64,000 nucleotides of DNA, taken from positions 17,031 through 81,030 of the forward strand of contig JACPJP010000012.1 of assembly GCA_016187495.1 (NCBI GenBank), read 5' to 3'. The position numbers were made by a program, and so were the translations under genes. The stretch is from Candidatus Woesearchaeota archaeon. Its GTDB lineage: Archaea; Nanobdellota; Nanobdellia; Woesearchaeales; GW2011-AR4. Shown in pieces: positions 9,328 through 18,788 of this stretch (position 1 is its first letter; every line of letters begins with the position of its first letter). Under the pieces are notes generated by a model. The model was not told the DNA's origin. It saw nothing but the letters and a program-made list of their open reading frames with translations, and did not search any database.

Positions 9328-10041
9328 ATGGAAAAGCTACCTACTGGCAGCAGAATACTGGACAATTTACTCGATGGAGGCTATGAAAATGATATAGTCA
9401 CTACAATTTATGGTCCTGCCGGCAGTGGAAAGACAAATTTGTGCCTTCTTTGCGCTATGAATACAGCAAGGGGAAGAAAAAAAGTTATATATATTGACAC
9501 TGAAAACAATTTTTCAATTGAGAGGTTTAAGCAGATTTGCGAGTCTATAAGCCAAAATTATGCCAAATTGCTTAATAACATTGTTTTTTTAAGGCCTGCG
9601 ACTTTTGACGAGCAAAAAAAGACATTTGAGAAGCTGAAGGATATAGTAAATGACAAAATAGGATTGATTATATTTGATTCTGTTGCAATGCTTTATCGCT
9701 TGGAGATTGGAAAAAATGAGGATGTCTATGAAGTAAACAAAGCTTTGGGGATGCAGCTTGCTTACTTGAAAGAAATAGCCTCAAAAAAGCACATTCCTAT
9801 CTTAATAACCAACCAGGTCTATGCGGATTTCGAGAATAAGGACAAGGTAAATATTGTTGGAGGGGATTTATTGAAATACAGCAGCAAATGCTTATTGGAA
9901 TTGCAAATAACCCCTTCTGGAAACAGGCGCTGCATAATTAAAAAACACAGGCATTTGCCAGAAAACAGTGAGATAACATTCAAGATTGTTGAAGGAGGCA
10001 TTATAGGCACAAAGGAAGGGAAAGGGTTTAGGCTGTTCTAA
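9328..10041 (+). CDS. radB: DNA repair and recombination protein RadB
   Basis: 237 aa RecA-core-only protein with Walker A 'GPAGSGKTNLCL'; size and architecture match the archaeal RadB paralog rather than RadA. Confidence 0.82.
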   Translation: MEKLPTGSRILDNLLDGGYENDIVTTIYGPAGSGKTNLCLLCAMNTARGRKKVIYIDTENNFSIERFKQICESISQNYAKLLNNIVFLRPATFDEQKKTFEKLKDIVNDKIGLIIFDSVAMLYRLEIGKNEDVYEVNKALGMQLAYLKEIASKKHIPILITNQVYADFENKDKVNIVGGDLLKYSSKCLLELQITPSGNRRCIIKKHRHLPENSEITFKIVEGGIIGTKEGKGFRLF

Positions 10042-10117
10042 ACCATATATAACCTATTATGAATTATACACCGTTTTTCACTCCCCATCAGCATAATAAA
10101 CCGATTTTCCATAATCT

Positions 10118-10160
10118 TTTTAAAGCAGTATAGCTAACTCAAAGGCAGCGAGGGTGGTTA
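10118..10160 (+). promoter_or_regulatory. putative archaeal TATA-like box plus Shine-Dalgarno upstream of the carboxyltransferase gene
   Basis: 'ttttaaag' A/T box ~45 nt upstream of the ATG, and 'gagggtgg' 7-14 nt upstream of the ATG at 10167. Confidence 0.3.
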
Positions 10161-10166
10161 TATAAT

Positions 10167-11669
10167 ATGCCAAATGACTATAAAATAGACAAGGAAGCAA
10201 TAAAAACCCAGCATGCTAAGGGCAAGTTAACGGCAAGGGAAAGATTGGAAGTTCTATTGGATAAAGGCTCTTTTACAGAGGTTAATGCAGACATGGAGCT
10301 TACAAGCACTAATTTTGACCTGCAGCAAAAGAAAGTGCCTGGAGATGGCGTCATAACAGGCTACGGAAGGATAAATGGAAAGTCAGTATGCGTATTTGCC
10401 CAGGATTTTATCTTCATGGGCGGCTCTATGGGAGAATCTCATAATAAAAAAATAGTTTCTATACAGGAACATGCATTAAAAATTGGCTGTCCAATAGTAG
10501 GATTATTTGATAGCGGTGGAGCAAGAATCCAGGAAGGCGTTAATTCCCTTGATTCTGGGGGCAGAATATTCAAGAACAACACTTTGGCCTCTGGAGTTAT
10601 ACCTCAAATTTCTGTTATTTTGGGGCCATGTGCTGGTATTGCAGTGTACAGCCCAGCTTTAACTGATTTTATTTTCATGACAAAAAAAATCAGCTATATG
10701 TTCATTACAGGTCCTGACGTGATTAAGACAATAACTGGCGAAAATATTGATTTTGAGGGATTAGGCGGGGCAATGCCCCATAATGAAAAGAGTGGTGTTG
10801 CAAGCTTCATAGAGGAAAGTGAAAAATCATGCTTTGAAACGCTAAAATTATTGCTAAGCTATTTGCCGCAAAACAATATGGAAAATCCTCCTTATATAAA
10901 CACAAATGACCGCCCAAACAGGTTAAACAACCTGAAAAATATTGTCCCTAAGGAAGACAAGAAAACCTATGATGTAAAAAATGTGATAGAGGAAATAGCC
11001 GATAAAAACACCTTCCTTGAAATCCAGCCATTATACGCGCAAAATGCAGTCATAGGATTAGCAAGATTAAATAGCTATACGGTCGGCATAGTGGCAAACC
11101 AGCCAAAAATACTTGCTGGCTGCCTCGACATAAACAGCTCTGATAAGATTGCAAAATTTGTAAGGTTTTGTGATGCCTTCAACATACCAATAATAAACCT
11201 TGTTGATGTTACAGGCTATCTTCCTGGCGTAAACCAAGAGCATAACGGAATAATAAGGCACGGGGCAAAAATACTTTATGCTTACTCTGAAGCTACTGTC
11301 CCAAAAATAAGCCTGGTAATGAGAAAAGCTTACGGTGGAGCTTACATTGCTTTAGCTTCCAAAGAAATGGGCTATGACAAAGTGATTGCATGGCCTTCTT
11401 CAGAGATAGCAGTCATGGGCGCTGAGCAAGCAGTCAATATAATACATAGGAAAGAGCTTGCAGGTAAAAATTCTGAAAGAATAAAGCAGCAAAAAATAAA
11501 TGAATACAAAGAGAAATTCATGAATCCCTATGAGGCAGCGAAACACGGAAAAGTGGATATAATAACAGAGCCGAAAAACACAAGAAAGGCCTTAATCAGT
11601 TGTTTAGAGATGCTATTAAGCAAAAGGGAGAGAAGGCCTGCAAAAAAGCATGGCAATATTCCATTATAA
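10167..11669 (+). CDS. acyl-CoA carboxylase carboxyltransferase subunit (PccB/methylmalonyl-CoA carboxyltransferase family)
   Basis: 500 aa; tandem crotonase-like CT domains with conserved motifs (GGARIQEG..., AYGGAY); adjacent to BCCP and biotin genes. Confidence 0.9.
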   Translation: MPNDYKIDKEAIKTQHAKGKLTARERLEVLLDKGSFTEVNADMELTSTNFDLQQKKVPGDGVITGYGRINGKSVCVFAQDFIFMGGSMGESHNKKIVSIQEHALKIGCPIVGLFDSGGARIQEGVNSLDSGGRIFKNNTLASGVIPQISVILGPCAGIAVYSPALTDFIFMTKKISYMFITGPDVIKTITGENIDFEGLGGAMPHNEKSGVASFIEESEKSCFETLKLLLSYLPQNNMENPPYINTNDRPNRLNNLKNIVPKEDKKTYDVKNVIEEIADKNTFLEIQPLYAQNAVIGLARLNSYTVGIVANQPKILAGCLDINSSDKIAKFVRFCDAFNIPIINLVDVTGYLPGVNQEHNGIIRHGAKILYAYSEATVPKISLVMRKAYGGAYIALASKEMGYDKVIAWPSSEIAVMGAEQAVNIIHRKELAGKNSERIKQQKINEYKEKFMNPYEAAKHGKVDIITEPKNTRKALISCLEMLLSKRERRPAKKHGNIPL

Positions 11670-11697
11670 GTGATAGGCATTACAAGTTTAATGAATA

Positions 11698-11768
11698 GAT
11701 AGGCGAGGCAAAAATTCGATGGCAGAAGAATTTTTGCCGAGCAGTAAAATTTGTCGCGAAGCGACGGA
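11698..11768 (+). ncRNA. conserved structured intergenic element, copy A (candidate small RNA/regulatory repeat)
   Basis: Hairpin ggcaaaaattc/gaatttttgcc (11707-11738), then 'gagcagtaaaatt' and a GCGAAGC mini-hairpin; ~85% identical over ~58 nt to the element at 25681-25738. Confidence 0.4.
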
Positions 11769-11801
11769 ATAAAAATCAACTTACTCAAAATTTTATCACA
11801 A

Positions 11802-12191
11802 ATGGAAGATATAACCATTAAAGTCGATGGCAAAGAATATGATGTCAAGGTTGAGGAAACAGAAGACGGAAAAATACTTGTTCATTGCAACGGGGATGTT
11901 TATGAGGTAGAAAGCCCTTATGACAAGAAGGCTGCTATCTTCAGCCGAGCAAAAAAAGAGGAGATAGAGCAAAAAGGAAAAGCTGCTGTTACCGCTCCAT
12001 TGCCGGGAATAATATATGACATAAAAGTTAAAAAGAGGGATAAGGTAAAAGAAGGCCAGTCTTTAATCAAGCTCATAGCAATGAAGATGGAAAATGACAT
12101 TGTTGCTCCTCGCTCAGGTACAGTAAAGGAGATAAAGGCAAAAAAGAATGCTCAGGTAAACAAGGATGATATTTTGATTGTCATAGAATAA
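11802..12191 (+). CDS. biotin carboxyl carrier protein (biotin/lipoyl attachment domain)
   Basis: 'AMKMEN' biotinylation motif near the C-terminus. The six-frame ORF starts at 11751 with TTG, inside the conserved intergenic element. ATG at 11802 (MEDITIKVDG...) is the more plausible start. Confidence 0.8.
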   Translation: MEDITIKVDGKEYDVKVEETEDGKILVHCNGDVYEVESPYDKKAAIFSRAKKEEIEQKGKAAVTAPLPGIIYDIKVKKRDKVKEGQSLIKLIAMKMENDIVAPRSGTVKEIKAKKNAQVNKDDILIVIE

Positions 12192-12221
12192 ATGTAGCAA
12201 ATATAGAACAAAGGTGGCAAC

Positions 12222-12851
12222 ATGGCAAAAAAAACAACAAGAAAATCCGGGAAAAAAACCATCAAATCAGATAAAAAATCTGAAAGTATTGCTGAAACAA
12301 AAAACATTGAGAAAGCAAATAACTTAAAGCCTTTGGTTTTTGCAGCGTTGTTTGCAGCTTTGACTGCAGCAGTCTCTCCATTAAAGATACCTTTAGGATT
12401 TACACCAGTCCCAATTACATTGCAAACCTTAGTCGTGTTAATGTCAGGCGCAATGCTTGGCCCTATTTATGGAGCTTTAGCCATGATTTTATATGTAGTT
12501 GTCGGAACTTTAGGGCTTCCAGTATTTGCCGGCGGTGGTTCAGGAATAGGAGCAGTTCTAGGCCCAACCGGAGGTTATCTAATAAGCTATTTCATAGCGG
12601 CATTTGCTATAGGAAAAACGTTGCAATTGAGAAAGCGGCCAAAATACCTGGATTATGTAGTCGCAATGATAATAGGCACAATAATAATCTATGTGCTGGG
12701 AGCTGGCTGGGCATTAGTAGTTGTTCCGAACCTTACATTCTTAACAGTTATGGTAGGATGGGTATTACCTTTCATAATAGGCGACACGATAAAGCTGTTG
12801 ATAGCTGCTTATATAGCAAAAACGGCAAATATCAAAAGATACCTGAAATGA
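12222..12851 (+). CDS. bioY: biotin transporter BioY (ECF S component) with Lys-rich N-terminal extension
   Basis: 209 aa; multi-TM with the BioY-type fold, preceded by a ~35-aa K-rich leader. Confidence 0.82.
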   Translation: MAKKTTRKSGKKTIKSDKKSESIAETKNIEKANNLKPLVFAALFAALTAAVSPLKIPLGFTPVPITLQTLVVLMSGAMLGPIYGALAMILYVVVGTLGLPVFAGGGSGIGAVLGPTGGYLISYFIAAFAIGKTLQLRKRPKYLDYVVAMIIGTIIIYVLGAGWALVVVPNLTFLTVMVGWVLPFIIGDTIKLLIAAYIAKTANIKRYLK

Positions 12852-13606
12852 CTGCAAAAGAACTTTTTTTATTTGACATTTTTTCTTATTCTTGCATGAA
12901 TTGCTTGAGATCATTAGATTATATTAAAAAATTAGACAATAAATATAAGAGATATGGGTTAAAAACAGTTTTAATACATCCTTCTGAATGGGATTTTGAG
13001 AAAGACAGCAATAATATAATCAGAGCAGCAAAAAAATATAGGATAAGGATGCCTATACTCCTCGATAAAAACAAAAAAATTATAAAAAACCTGAAAATAA
13101 ATTTCTGGCCGACTCAGATATTAATTAAGAACAAAAAAACTGTATACAAGCACATTGGAGAAGGGGATTACAAAGCATTGGAAAATAGTATAATCGAGGC
13201 ATTAAAAATCAAAACCAAGAAGATATTTAATAAAGAGCCGAAATACACAAAATTCCCAACAGTCTATGCAGGCAAGAGAAAAAAGGATAAGCTCTCAGAA
13301 CTAAAAGGCAAATTAAAGTGTGGTATCATATACAAAAAAGGGGCTTGGAAGCAGAATAACGAGTCCTTAATTGGAAAAGGCTTGTTGGTAATAAAAACGA
13401 AAGGGAAGGTAGTAAGTATGGTGGCAAGCTCAATTAAGAAAAAACCAGTAAAAATCAATATAATGTTAAATAATAAAACCAGTAAGAATATGATTATTAA
13501 TGAGCCTCAGTTATATGATATCATGAGATTAAAAACCGATAAAACAAACATACTAAATTTAAAAACAAAAAGTGCCATATCGATCTACTCTTTTGCATTC
13601 CAATGA
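12848..13606 (+). CDS. thioredoxin-fold (redoxin/TlpA-like) protein with Lys-rich C-terminal tail
   Basis: 'SYSCMNC' CxxC motif in the thioredoxin-fold position. Likely start is ATG at 12848; the long ORF from 12758 would overlap bioY. Translationally coupled to ecfA (ATGA at 13603). Confidence 0.55.
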   Translation: MTAKELFLFDIFSYSCMNCLRSLDYIKKLDNKYKRYGLKTVLIHPSEWDFEKDSNNIIRAAKKYRIRMPILLDKNKKIIKNLKINFWPTQILIKNKKTVYKHIGEGDYKALENSIIEALKIKTKKIFNKEPKYTKFPTVYAGKRKKDKLSELKGKLKCGIIYKKGAWKQNNESLIGKGLLVIKTKGKVVSMVASSIKKKPVKINIMLNNKTSKNMIINEPQLYDIMRLKTDKTNILNLKTKSAISIYSFAFQ

Positions 13607-14301
13607 TACAAATAAAAAACCTTGATTTTAAGTACGAAGATGAGCTTATTCTCAAAAATATAAATCTAGAGCTAAAAGATGGCTGCTATACTGCTATAAT
13701 TGGGGCAAACGGCTCAGGGAAAACAACGCTTGCGAAGCACCTTAATGCATTGCTTATGCCAACAAAAGGGTCTGTAACCATTGATGAGATTGATACGAAA
13801 AAGGACCAGATTAGCGTAAGAAAAAAAGTTGGTTTTGTGTTCCAGAATCCTGAAGATCAGTTGGTATATTCGATTGTCGAGGAGGACATTGCATTTGGGC
13901 TGGAAAATCTTGGGATGAGAACAGAAGAAATGAAGACTAAGGTCAATAGTACAATTAAAGGGTTAGACATCGAATACCTTGCAAAGAAGAATGTAAACAT
14001 ACTCTCTGCTGGGCAGAAACAGCTAACTGCTTTGGCTGGAATCCTTGCAATGAGCCCGAAATACATCGTCTTTGACGAACCAACCACGTTATTGGACAAC
14101 AAAAACAAGAAAAATATAATGGATGTAGTAAACACGTTAAACAAGGAAAATAAAATTGGAATTATATTGGTGACTAATCTCCTAAATGATATAAAATATG
14201 CCAAAAATGTCATTGTAATCTGCAATGGAAGAATAATATTCAACGATAAAAAATCAAAATTGAATAACAAAATACTGAAAAAGGCTGGTTTGGATGCTTA
14301 A
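13603..14301 (+). CDS. ecfA: ECF transporter ATPase component (EcfA-like ABC ATPase)
   Basis: Walker A 'GANGSGKTT', ABC signature 'LSAGQKQ', Walker B 'IVFDEPT'; a single ATPase gene only. Confidence 0.85.
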   Translation: MIQIKNLDFKYEDELILKNINLELKDGCYTAIIGANGSGKTTLAKHLNALLMPTKGSVTIDEIDTKKDQISVRKKVGFVFQNPEDQLVYSIVEEDIAFGLENLGMRTEEMKTKVNSTIKGLDIEYLAKKNVNILSAGQKQLTALAGILAMSPKYIVFDEPTTLLDNKNKKNIMDVVNTLNKENKIGIILVTNLLNDIKYAKNVIVICNGRIIFNDKKSKLNNKILKKAGLDA

Positions 14302-15019
14302 GAAGCTGACTTTTGGGCAATATGCGCACAAAGATTCCATAACGCACAAATTAGACCCAAGAATAAAGATTCTTGCCGTTATTTTGCTGAGCGCAACGGC
14401 ATTTTTACTGGAAACTTACTATAAGTTTGCTATATTCTCATTATTTGTTTTTTTATTAATAATGCTGTCAAAAATAAATTTCTCTTCGTTGATAAGGAAC
14501 TTAAGGCCTTTCTTTTTTATTTTTGCATTTATACTAATGATGTATATTTTGTTCTCTAGAAATGAGCTTGACAAAGGCATACAGGCGATATGGAAATTTG
14601 TTTTGTTAATAATAATAGCCTCGATACTTACATTTACAACTACAATAACTAATTTAGTAACAGGAATAGAAAAGTTATCAGCTCCATTAAAATTAATAAA
14701 AATTAATTCTAGGACAATTGCACTGTTAATAGCTTTGACAATAAGGTTCGTCCCAGCATTATTCCTGTATGCCGAGAGAATAAAAGATGCAAGGCTTGCA
14801 AGATTAGGAAGCTTAAAGAGTCCAAAGCACGTTAAATTATTATTTTTGCCATTGCTTGACAGGATATTCAAAAGCGCATCAACACTAAGCGATGCAATGC
14901 TTGCAAGGAACTACACAGAAAAAAGAATTTCTTATTTCAGTGCCATTGGATTAAAAAATTATGACTATATTTCCTTTACTGTACTGTTGGCGTTTATATT
15001 CTTAGTTCTATTGATGTAG
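14294..15019 (+). CDS. ecfT: ECF transporter transmembrane component (EcfT/CbiQ family)
   Basis: 241 aa, ~5 TM helices; overlaps the ecfA stop; position after BioY and EcfA. Confidence 0.8.
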   Translation: MLKKLTFGQYAHKDSITHKLDPRIKILAVILLSATAFLLETYYKFAIFSLFVFLLIMLSKINFSSLIRNLRPFFFIFAFILMMYILFSRNELDKGIQAIWKFVLLIIIASILTFTTTITNLVTGIEKLSAPLKLIKINSRTIALLIALTIRFVPALFLYAERIKDARLARLGSLKSPKHVKLLFLPLLDRIFKSASTLSDAMLARNYTEKRISYFSAIGLKNYDYISFTVLLAFIFLVLLM

Positions 15020-15066
15020 AAATGAGTTTTTGTATTGGATACCTGTTATATTCTTCCTTAATGAGT

Positions 15067-15300
15067 TTACTTACTCCCTGTTGGAGTCTTCTGCCCGAAC
15101 AAAATTCCAGCTAAAACATTCAAAGCCCATGCCTGCCATACATTTATGCTATGAATACTGCCAAACACAAAGTTCCATAAAATCTTTACTGGAAATGCCA
15201 ATATCAAGCCGACAATGCCGCTTATTAATACAACCAAGGCTATAGTATAACCCATCTCTAGCATCCTTTTCAAAAAAGGCACATCATCTAAAAATCCCAT
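15067..15300 (-). CDS. small predicted two-TM membrane protein (77 aa)
   Basis: Two clear hydrophobic helices; it is the more plausible of two mutually exclusive ORFs in this 300-bp gap. Confidence 0.3.
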   Translation of the reverse strand: MGFLDDVPFLKRMLEMGYTIALVVLISGIVGLILAFPVKILWNFVFGSIHSINVWQAWALNVLAGILFGQKTPTGSK

Positions 15301-15321
15301 GTTAATCAGGAAGAATATAGC

Positions 15322-16032
15322 ATGTTGTTTTTAAAGATTTTGCATTTCAATAACTTTATATATAAAATACTAATGAATTGTATTATGAAACAGAAACTCA
15401 ATTACAGTGCCATAAAGAAGCGCTTTAGGGTTGCTATTTTTGGTTCTGCGCGCATAAAAAGAAATGATGCGAGATACAAGCTCATCTACACACTAGCAAA
15501 GATGCTGGCTAAGGAAGGCATCGATATAGTTACTGGCGGGGGTCCTGGACTGATGGATGCTGCCTCTCGCGGTCATCATGCAGGAAGGCACAAAAAAAAT
15601 CATGCTTACACTTTAGGCCTTACAATACACCTCCCAAAAGAGCAAAAGGAAAGCTACCATCTTGACTTGAAAAAAGATTTCCACAAGTTCTCAAACAGGC
15701 TGGATAATTTTATCCACCTCTCAAATGTTGTTATTGTAGCACCTGGCGGCGTAGGCACCACTTTGGAGCTTATGTATGTCTGGCAGCTTGTGCAGGTAAA
15801 GCATTCCTGCGAAATACCGATAATACTATTCGGGGATGTGTGGGGAGGTTTTGTAAAGTGGATAAAAGGCGGACCCTTAAAAAACGAATTTTTGGAGGAA
15901 GATGACCTTGAGCTGTTATACCATGCAAGAACCTGCACTCAGGCAATGAAGATAATAAATCTTGCATACGAAGAATACAAAAAAGGCAGAAAGAATATAT
16001 GTCTAAACATTGATAAATACAAAGTCAAATGA
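15322..16032 (+). CDS. LOG-family Rossmann-fold protein (cytokinin riboside 5'-monophosphate phosphoribohydrolase / nucleotide N-glycosidase family)
   Basis: 'GGGPGLMDAASRG' and 'PGGVGTTLEL' LOG signature motifs. The true start may be the internal ATG at 15373 or 15385. Confidence 0.75.
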   Translation: MLFLKILHFNNFIYKILMNCIMKQKLNYSAIKKRFRVAIFGSARIKRNDARYKLIYTLAKMLAKEGIDIVTGGGPGLMDAASRGHHAGRHKKNHAYTLGLTIHLPKEQKESYHLDLKKDFHKFSNRLDNFIHLSNVVIVAPGGVGTTLELMYVWQLVQVKHSCEIPIILFGDVWGGFVKWIKGGPLKNEFLEEDDLELLYHARTCTQAMKIINLAYEEYKKGRKNICLNIDKYKVK

Positions 16033-16048
16033 AAAATAATTACAATCC

Positions 16049-16771
16049 CTAAATAACAAATATATCTGCTTCCACTATCTTCTTAATGCTCCCGTCATTT
16101 AATTTCAATATAAGATTGCATTCTTCGTCAACATCAACAGCTTTTCCAGTATAATTCCCGCTAAGCGTCTTTGCTTTTGTCATCTTCCCCAAGGTATGCG
16201 AATATTCTTTCCATATATCAACTATTTTTTTATAATTTTTTTTATTATAATAATCATATAATCTATTGAATTCGTTTATTATTGTTTTTGCTATTTTTTC
16301 TATGTCGTAGTTACTATTGGACTCTATCATTATTGACGTTGAGTTTCTCATAATGGACCTTGGAAATTTCTTCTGATTTACATTTAGCCCTATTCCAACT
16401 AGTGCGTAATTTACATTTGTGCATACATTTTCAGTCAATATTCCACATACTTTTTTATGATTAATTAAGATGTCATTCGGCCATTTTACTTTTGCGTCCA
16501 AACCAGCAATCTTGCGAATAGCTTTTGCAACTGACACTGCAGCAATAAAAGTAAGATACTTTGCTTTATCCAAACCCTTTTCCTTCAAGATTATAGTCAT
16601 ATACAATCCTCCTGGGCTAGAACTCCATTTACGCCCAAATCTTCCCCTACCTTTTTCTTGTTTCTTAGCAACTACAACAAGGTTTGCTTTTCGTTCTTTT
16701 GCAAATTCCCTAGCCTTGTCATTAGTAGAGCTAAGAACATCAAAATTATAAAAAGAAAAGTCAGGTTTCAT
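16049..16771 (-). CDS. birA: biotin--[acetyl-CoA-carboxylase] ligase BirA (no N-terminal HTH)
   Basis: 240 aa; 'GRGRFGRKWSSSPGG' biotin-binding loop motif typical of BirA/BPL catalytic domains. Confidence 0.85.
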   Translation of the reverse strand: MKPDFSFYNFDVLSSTNDKAREFAKERKANLVVVAKKQEKGRGRFGRKWSSSPGGLYMTIILKEKGLDKAKYLTFIAAVSVAKAIRKIAGLDAKVKWPNDILINHKKVCGILTENVCTNVNYALVGIGLNVNQKKFPRSIMRNSTSIMIESNSNYDIEKIAKTIINEFNRLYDYYNKKNYKKIVDIWKEYSHTLGKMTKAKTLSGNYTGKAVDVDEECNLILKLNDGSIKKIVEADIFVI

Positions 16772-18656
16772 TCTCCATTAATTCCTGTCTTCCGGACAGG
16801 ACCCAAGGGTTTGCTTTATTGTTGCCGTTCTTCTTTTCCATGTATTTAGCAACTGCCGTGCTCACTATAATGACTTTCTTTTCGTTCGTAAGCTCTTGTT
16901 TTTTATGCTCGTAATATTTCTTTACCTCATCCAGTATGTTATTCTTTTCTATAAAGTTAGTAGTGACTCTTCCCCTGTAGAAGTTCTTGTTGTGCAAAAC
17001 AGCTAAATGAAAAGGTATTGTGGTTTTTACTCCGCCAATAATGTATTCGTGCAGTGCTCTCATCATCCTCACTATAGCTTCCTGCCTGTTGCTGCCATGG
17101 CATATTAGTAGTGATAATAATGAGTCATAATCTGGCAAGACTTTATAGCCCTGGTGGCATATGCTGTTTATTCTTATTCCAGGCCCTCCTGGCGGCAAGT
17201 AGCTAGTTATTGTTCCTATGGAAGGGGCAAAGTTATTACTTGGGTCTTCTGCATTTATCCTGCATTCAATTGCCCATCCATCCACTTTGATGTCTTCTTG
17301 CTTAAACGCAAGCTTTGCCCCTGATGCCAGATTTATCTGCTCCTTAACCAGGTCAACACCTGTAACCATCTCAGTAACTCCATGCTCTACCTGTATTCTC
17401 GTATTCATTTCAATGAAATAGAAATTCTTGCTCTTGTCCAAAAGAAATTCGACAGTTCCAGCGCCCTCATATTTTGCAGCCGATACAGCTTTTACCGCAG
17501 CTTCCCCCATCTTTTCCCTCAACTCTTCGTTTAAAGCGGGGCTTGGGCTTTCCTCGACAAGCTTCTGGTGCTTCCTCTGTATGCTGCAGTCTCTTTCCCC
17601 AAGATGGACAACATTTTTGTATTGATCCGCTAATATTTGAAACTCTATATGCCTGGGCTCCTCAACATATTTCTCCATAAATAGCCTTTTATCATTAAAA
17701 GACAGAAATGCTTCTGCCTGTGCGCCTTCATATGCCTTTTCCAGTTCATCAATATCCCTTACGATCCTCATTCCCTTACCCCCACCGCCTGCAGCAGCTT
17801 TCAATATAACCGGAAATCCTATCTTTCTCGCAAACTTAAGTGCCTCTTTTCTGTTCTTCAGGGGCTTTGCAGTTCCCTCTAGTATAGGGACACCTGCCTT
17901 TTTTACAGTCTTTTTTGCTTTTATCTTGTCCCCTAAAAGCCCTATTGTCATGGAAGACGGCCCTATGAACTTGATTTTATTTTTCTCGCATAGCTTTGCA
18001 AATTTCGGGTTTTCCGCAAGAAATCCGTAACCGGGATGTATTCCATCAGCTTTTATCTTTTTTGCAATATTAATGATTTTCTTGATATCAAGGTAGCTTG
18101 CGCTAGGACCTATACAATAAGCCTTGTTGGCAAACTTAACTGCAAGCGTATCCTTATCCTGCCTTGAATAAACCAGGGCAGTTTCTATGCCTAACTCACG
18201 GCATGCTCTAATTACCCTTAAAGCTATTTCCCCCCTATTGGCTATCAAAACCTTGTTAAGCTTCTTTTCTTTTGATAGGACAGTATATTCTTTCTCATTA
18301 AAACTGCCTAACCCTTTTGCGAGCATGCCAATAAAAGATTGTGAGGATCTTGCCTTCACTATTTTCCTTAGCTCAGTTTCATGAATGCTCGGTATTTTCT
18401 TCATAAGATTGAAGGTTATCACATCTCCAAGCTTTGCTAAATTGTCTTTCTTAAAACCTCTTTTTTCAATCTGTATAACATTGCTCTTAATCAACCTGTC
18501 TATTTCCCCATAAACCAGCGGAGCTGCTTTTTTCATCTCGTTAAATGCCTTCTTTAAGGCTTTGTATGAATATTCCGCTGGAATTAAGCCTTTGTTTAGT
18601 ACCGAGACTATGCCATTCTTAATCCTTTTTGAGATGCTGTTTTTTCTCTTTCCCAT
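16761..18656 (-). CDS. biotin carboxylase (AccC/PccA-type ATP-grasp) with ~125-aa N-terminal extension of unknown function
   Basis: The core from 'KVLIANRGEIALRVIRACRELGIE' onward is canonical biotin carboxylase (ATP-grasp, BC C-terminal domain). The upstream 125 aa (Lys-rich, no match) may be real or due to a late internal start at Met 18326. Confidence 0.85.
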   Translation of the reverse strand: MGKRKNSISKRIKNGIVSVLNKGLIPAEYSYKALKKAFNEMKKAAPLVYGEIDRLIKSNVIQIEKRGFKKDNLAKLGDVITFNLMKKIPSIHETELRKIVKARSSQSFIGMLAKGLGSFNEKEYTVLSKEKKLNKVLIANRGEIALRVIRACRELGIETALVYSRQDKDTLAVKFANKAYCIGPSASYLDIKKIINIAKKIKADGIHPGYGFLAENPKFAKLCEKNKIKFIGPSSMTIGLLGDKIKAKKTVKKAGVPILEGTAKPLKNRKEALKFARKIGFPVILKAAAGGGGKGMRIVRDIDELEKAYEGAQAEAFLSFNDKRLFMEKYVEEPRHIEFQILADQYKNVVHLGERDCSIQRKHQKLVEESPSPALNEELREKMGEAAVKAVSAAKYEGAGTVEFLLDKSKNFYFIEMNTRIQVEHGVTEMVTGVDLVKEQINLASGAKLAFKQEDIKVDGWAIECRINAEDPSNNFAPSIGTITSYLPPGGPGIRINSICHQGYKVLPDYDSLLSLLICHGSNRQEAIVRMMRALHEYIIGGVKTTIPFHLAVLHNKNFYRGRVTTNFIEKNNILDEVKKYYEHKKQELTNEKKVIIVSTAVAKYMEKKNGNNKANPWVLSGRQELMENET

Positions 18657-18731
18657 AACTCTAATGTATTGATTTTCGGTTTATAAAAGTTACTGAAATC
18701 CTAAAAACCCGCACTAACTTAGCAGCACAAA

Positions 18732-18748
18732 AAAGAAAGGTATATAAA
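18732..18748 (+). promoter_or_regulatory. putative archaeal BRE/TATA promoter
   Basis: 'aaagaaagg' + 'tatataaa' ~47 nt upstream of the ATG at 18795. Confidence 0.35.
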
Positions 18749-18788
18749 CTAGAATATAGGCATAAGATATACACCCATAAAAAAGAGT

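Noticed and set aside
12758-12851. Long 5' extension of the thioredoxin-like ORF overlapping bioY by ~90 nt
   Set aside because: The overlap is in a different frame of a well-supported membrane protein gene. An internal ATG (12848) directly precedes the CxxC domain, so the extension is treated as non-coding.
15030-15245. 71-aa plus-strand ORF in the ecfT/LOG intergenic
   Set aside because: Overlaps and is mutually exclusive with a minus-strand ORF that has two clean TM helices; the plus-strand product has odd composition and no start context. Neither is certain.
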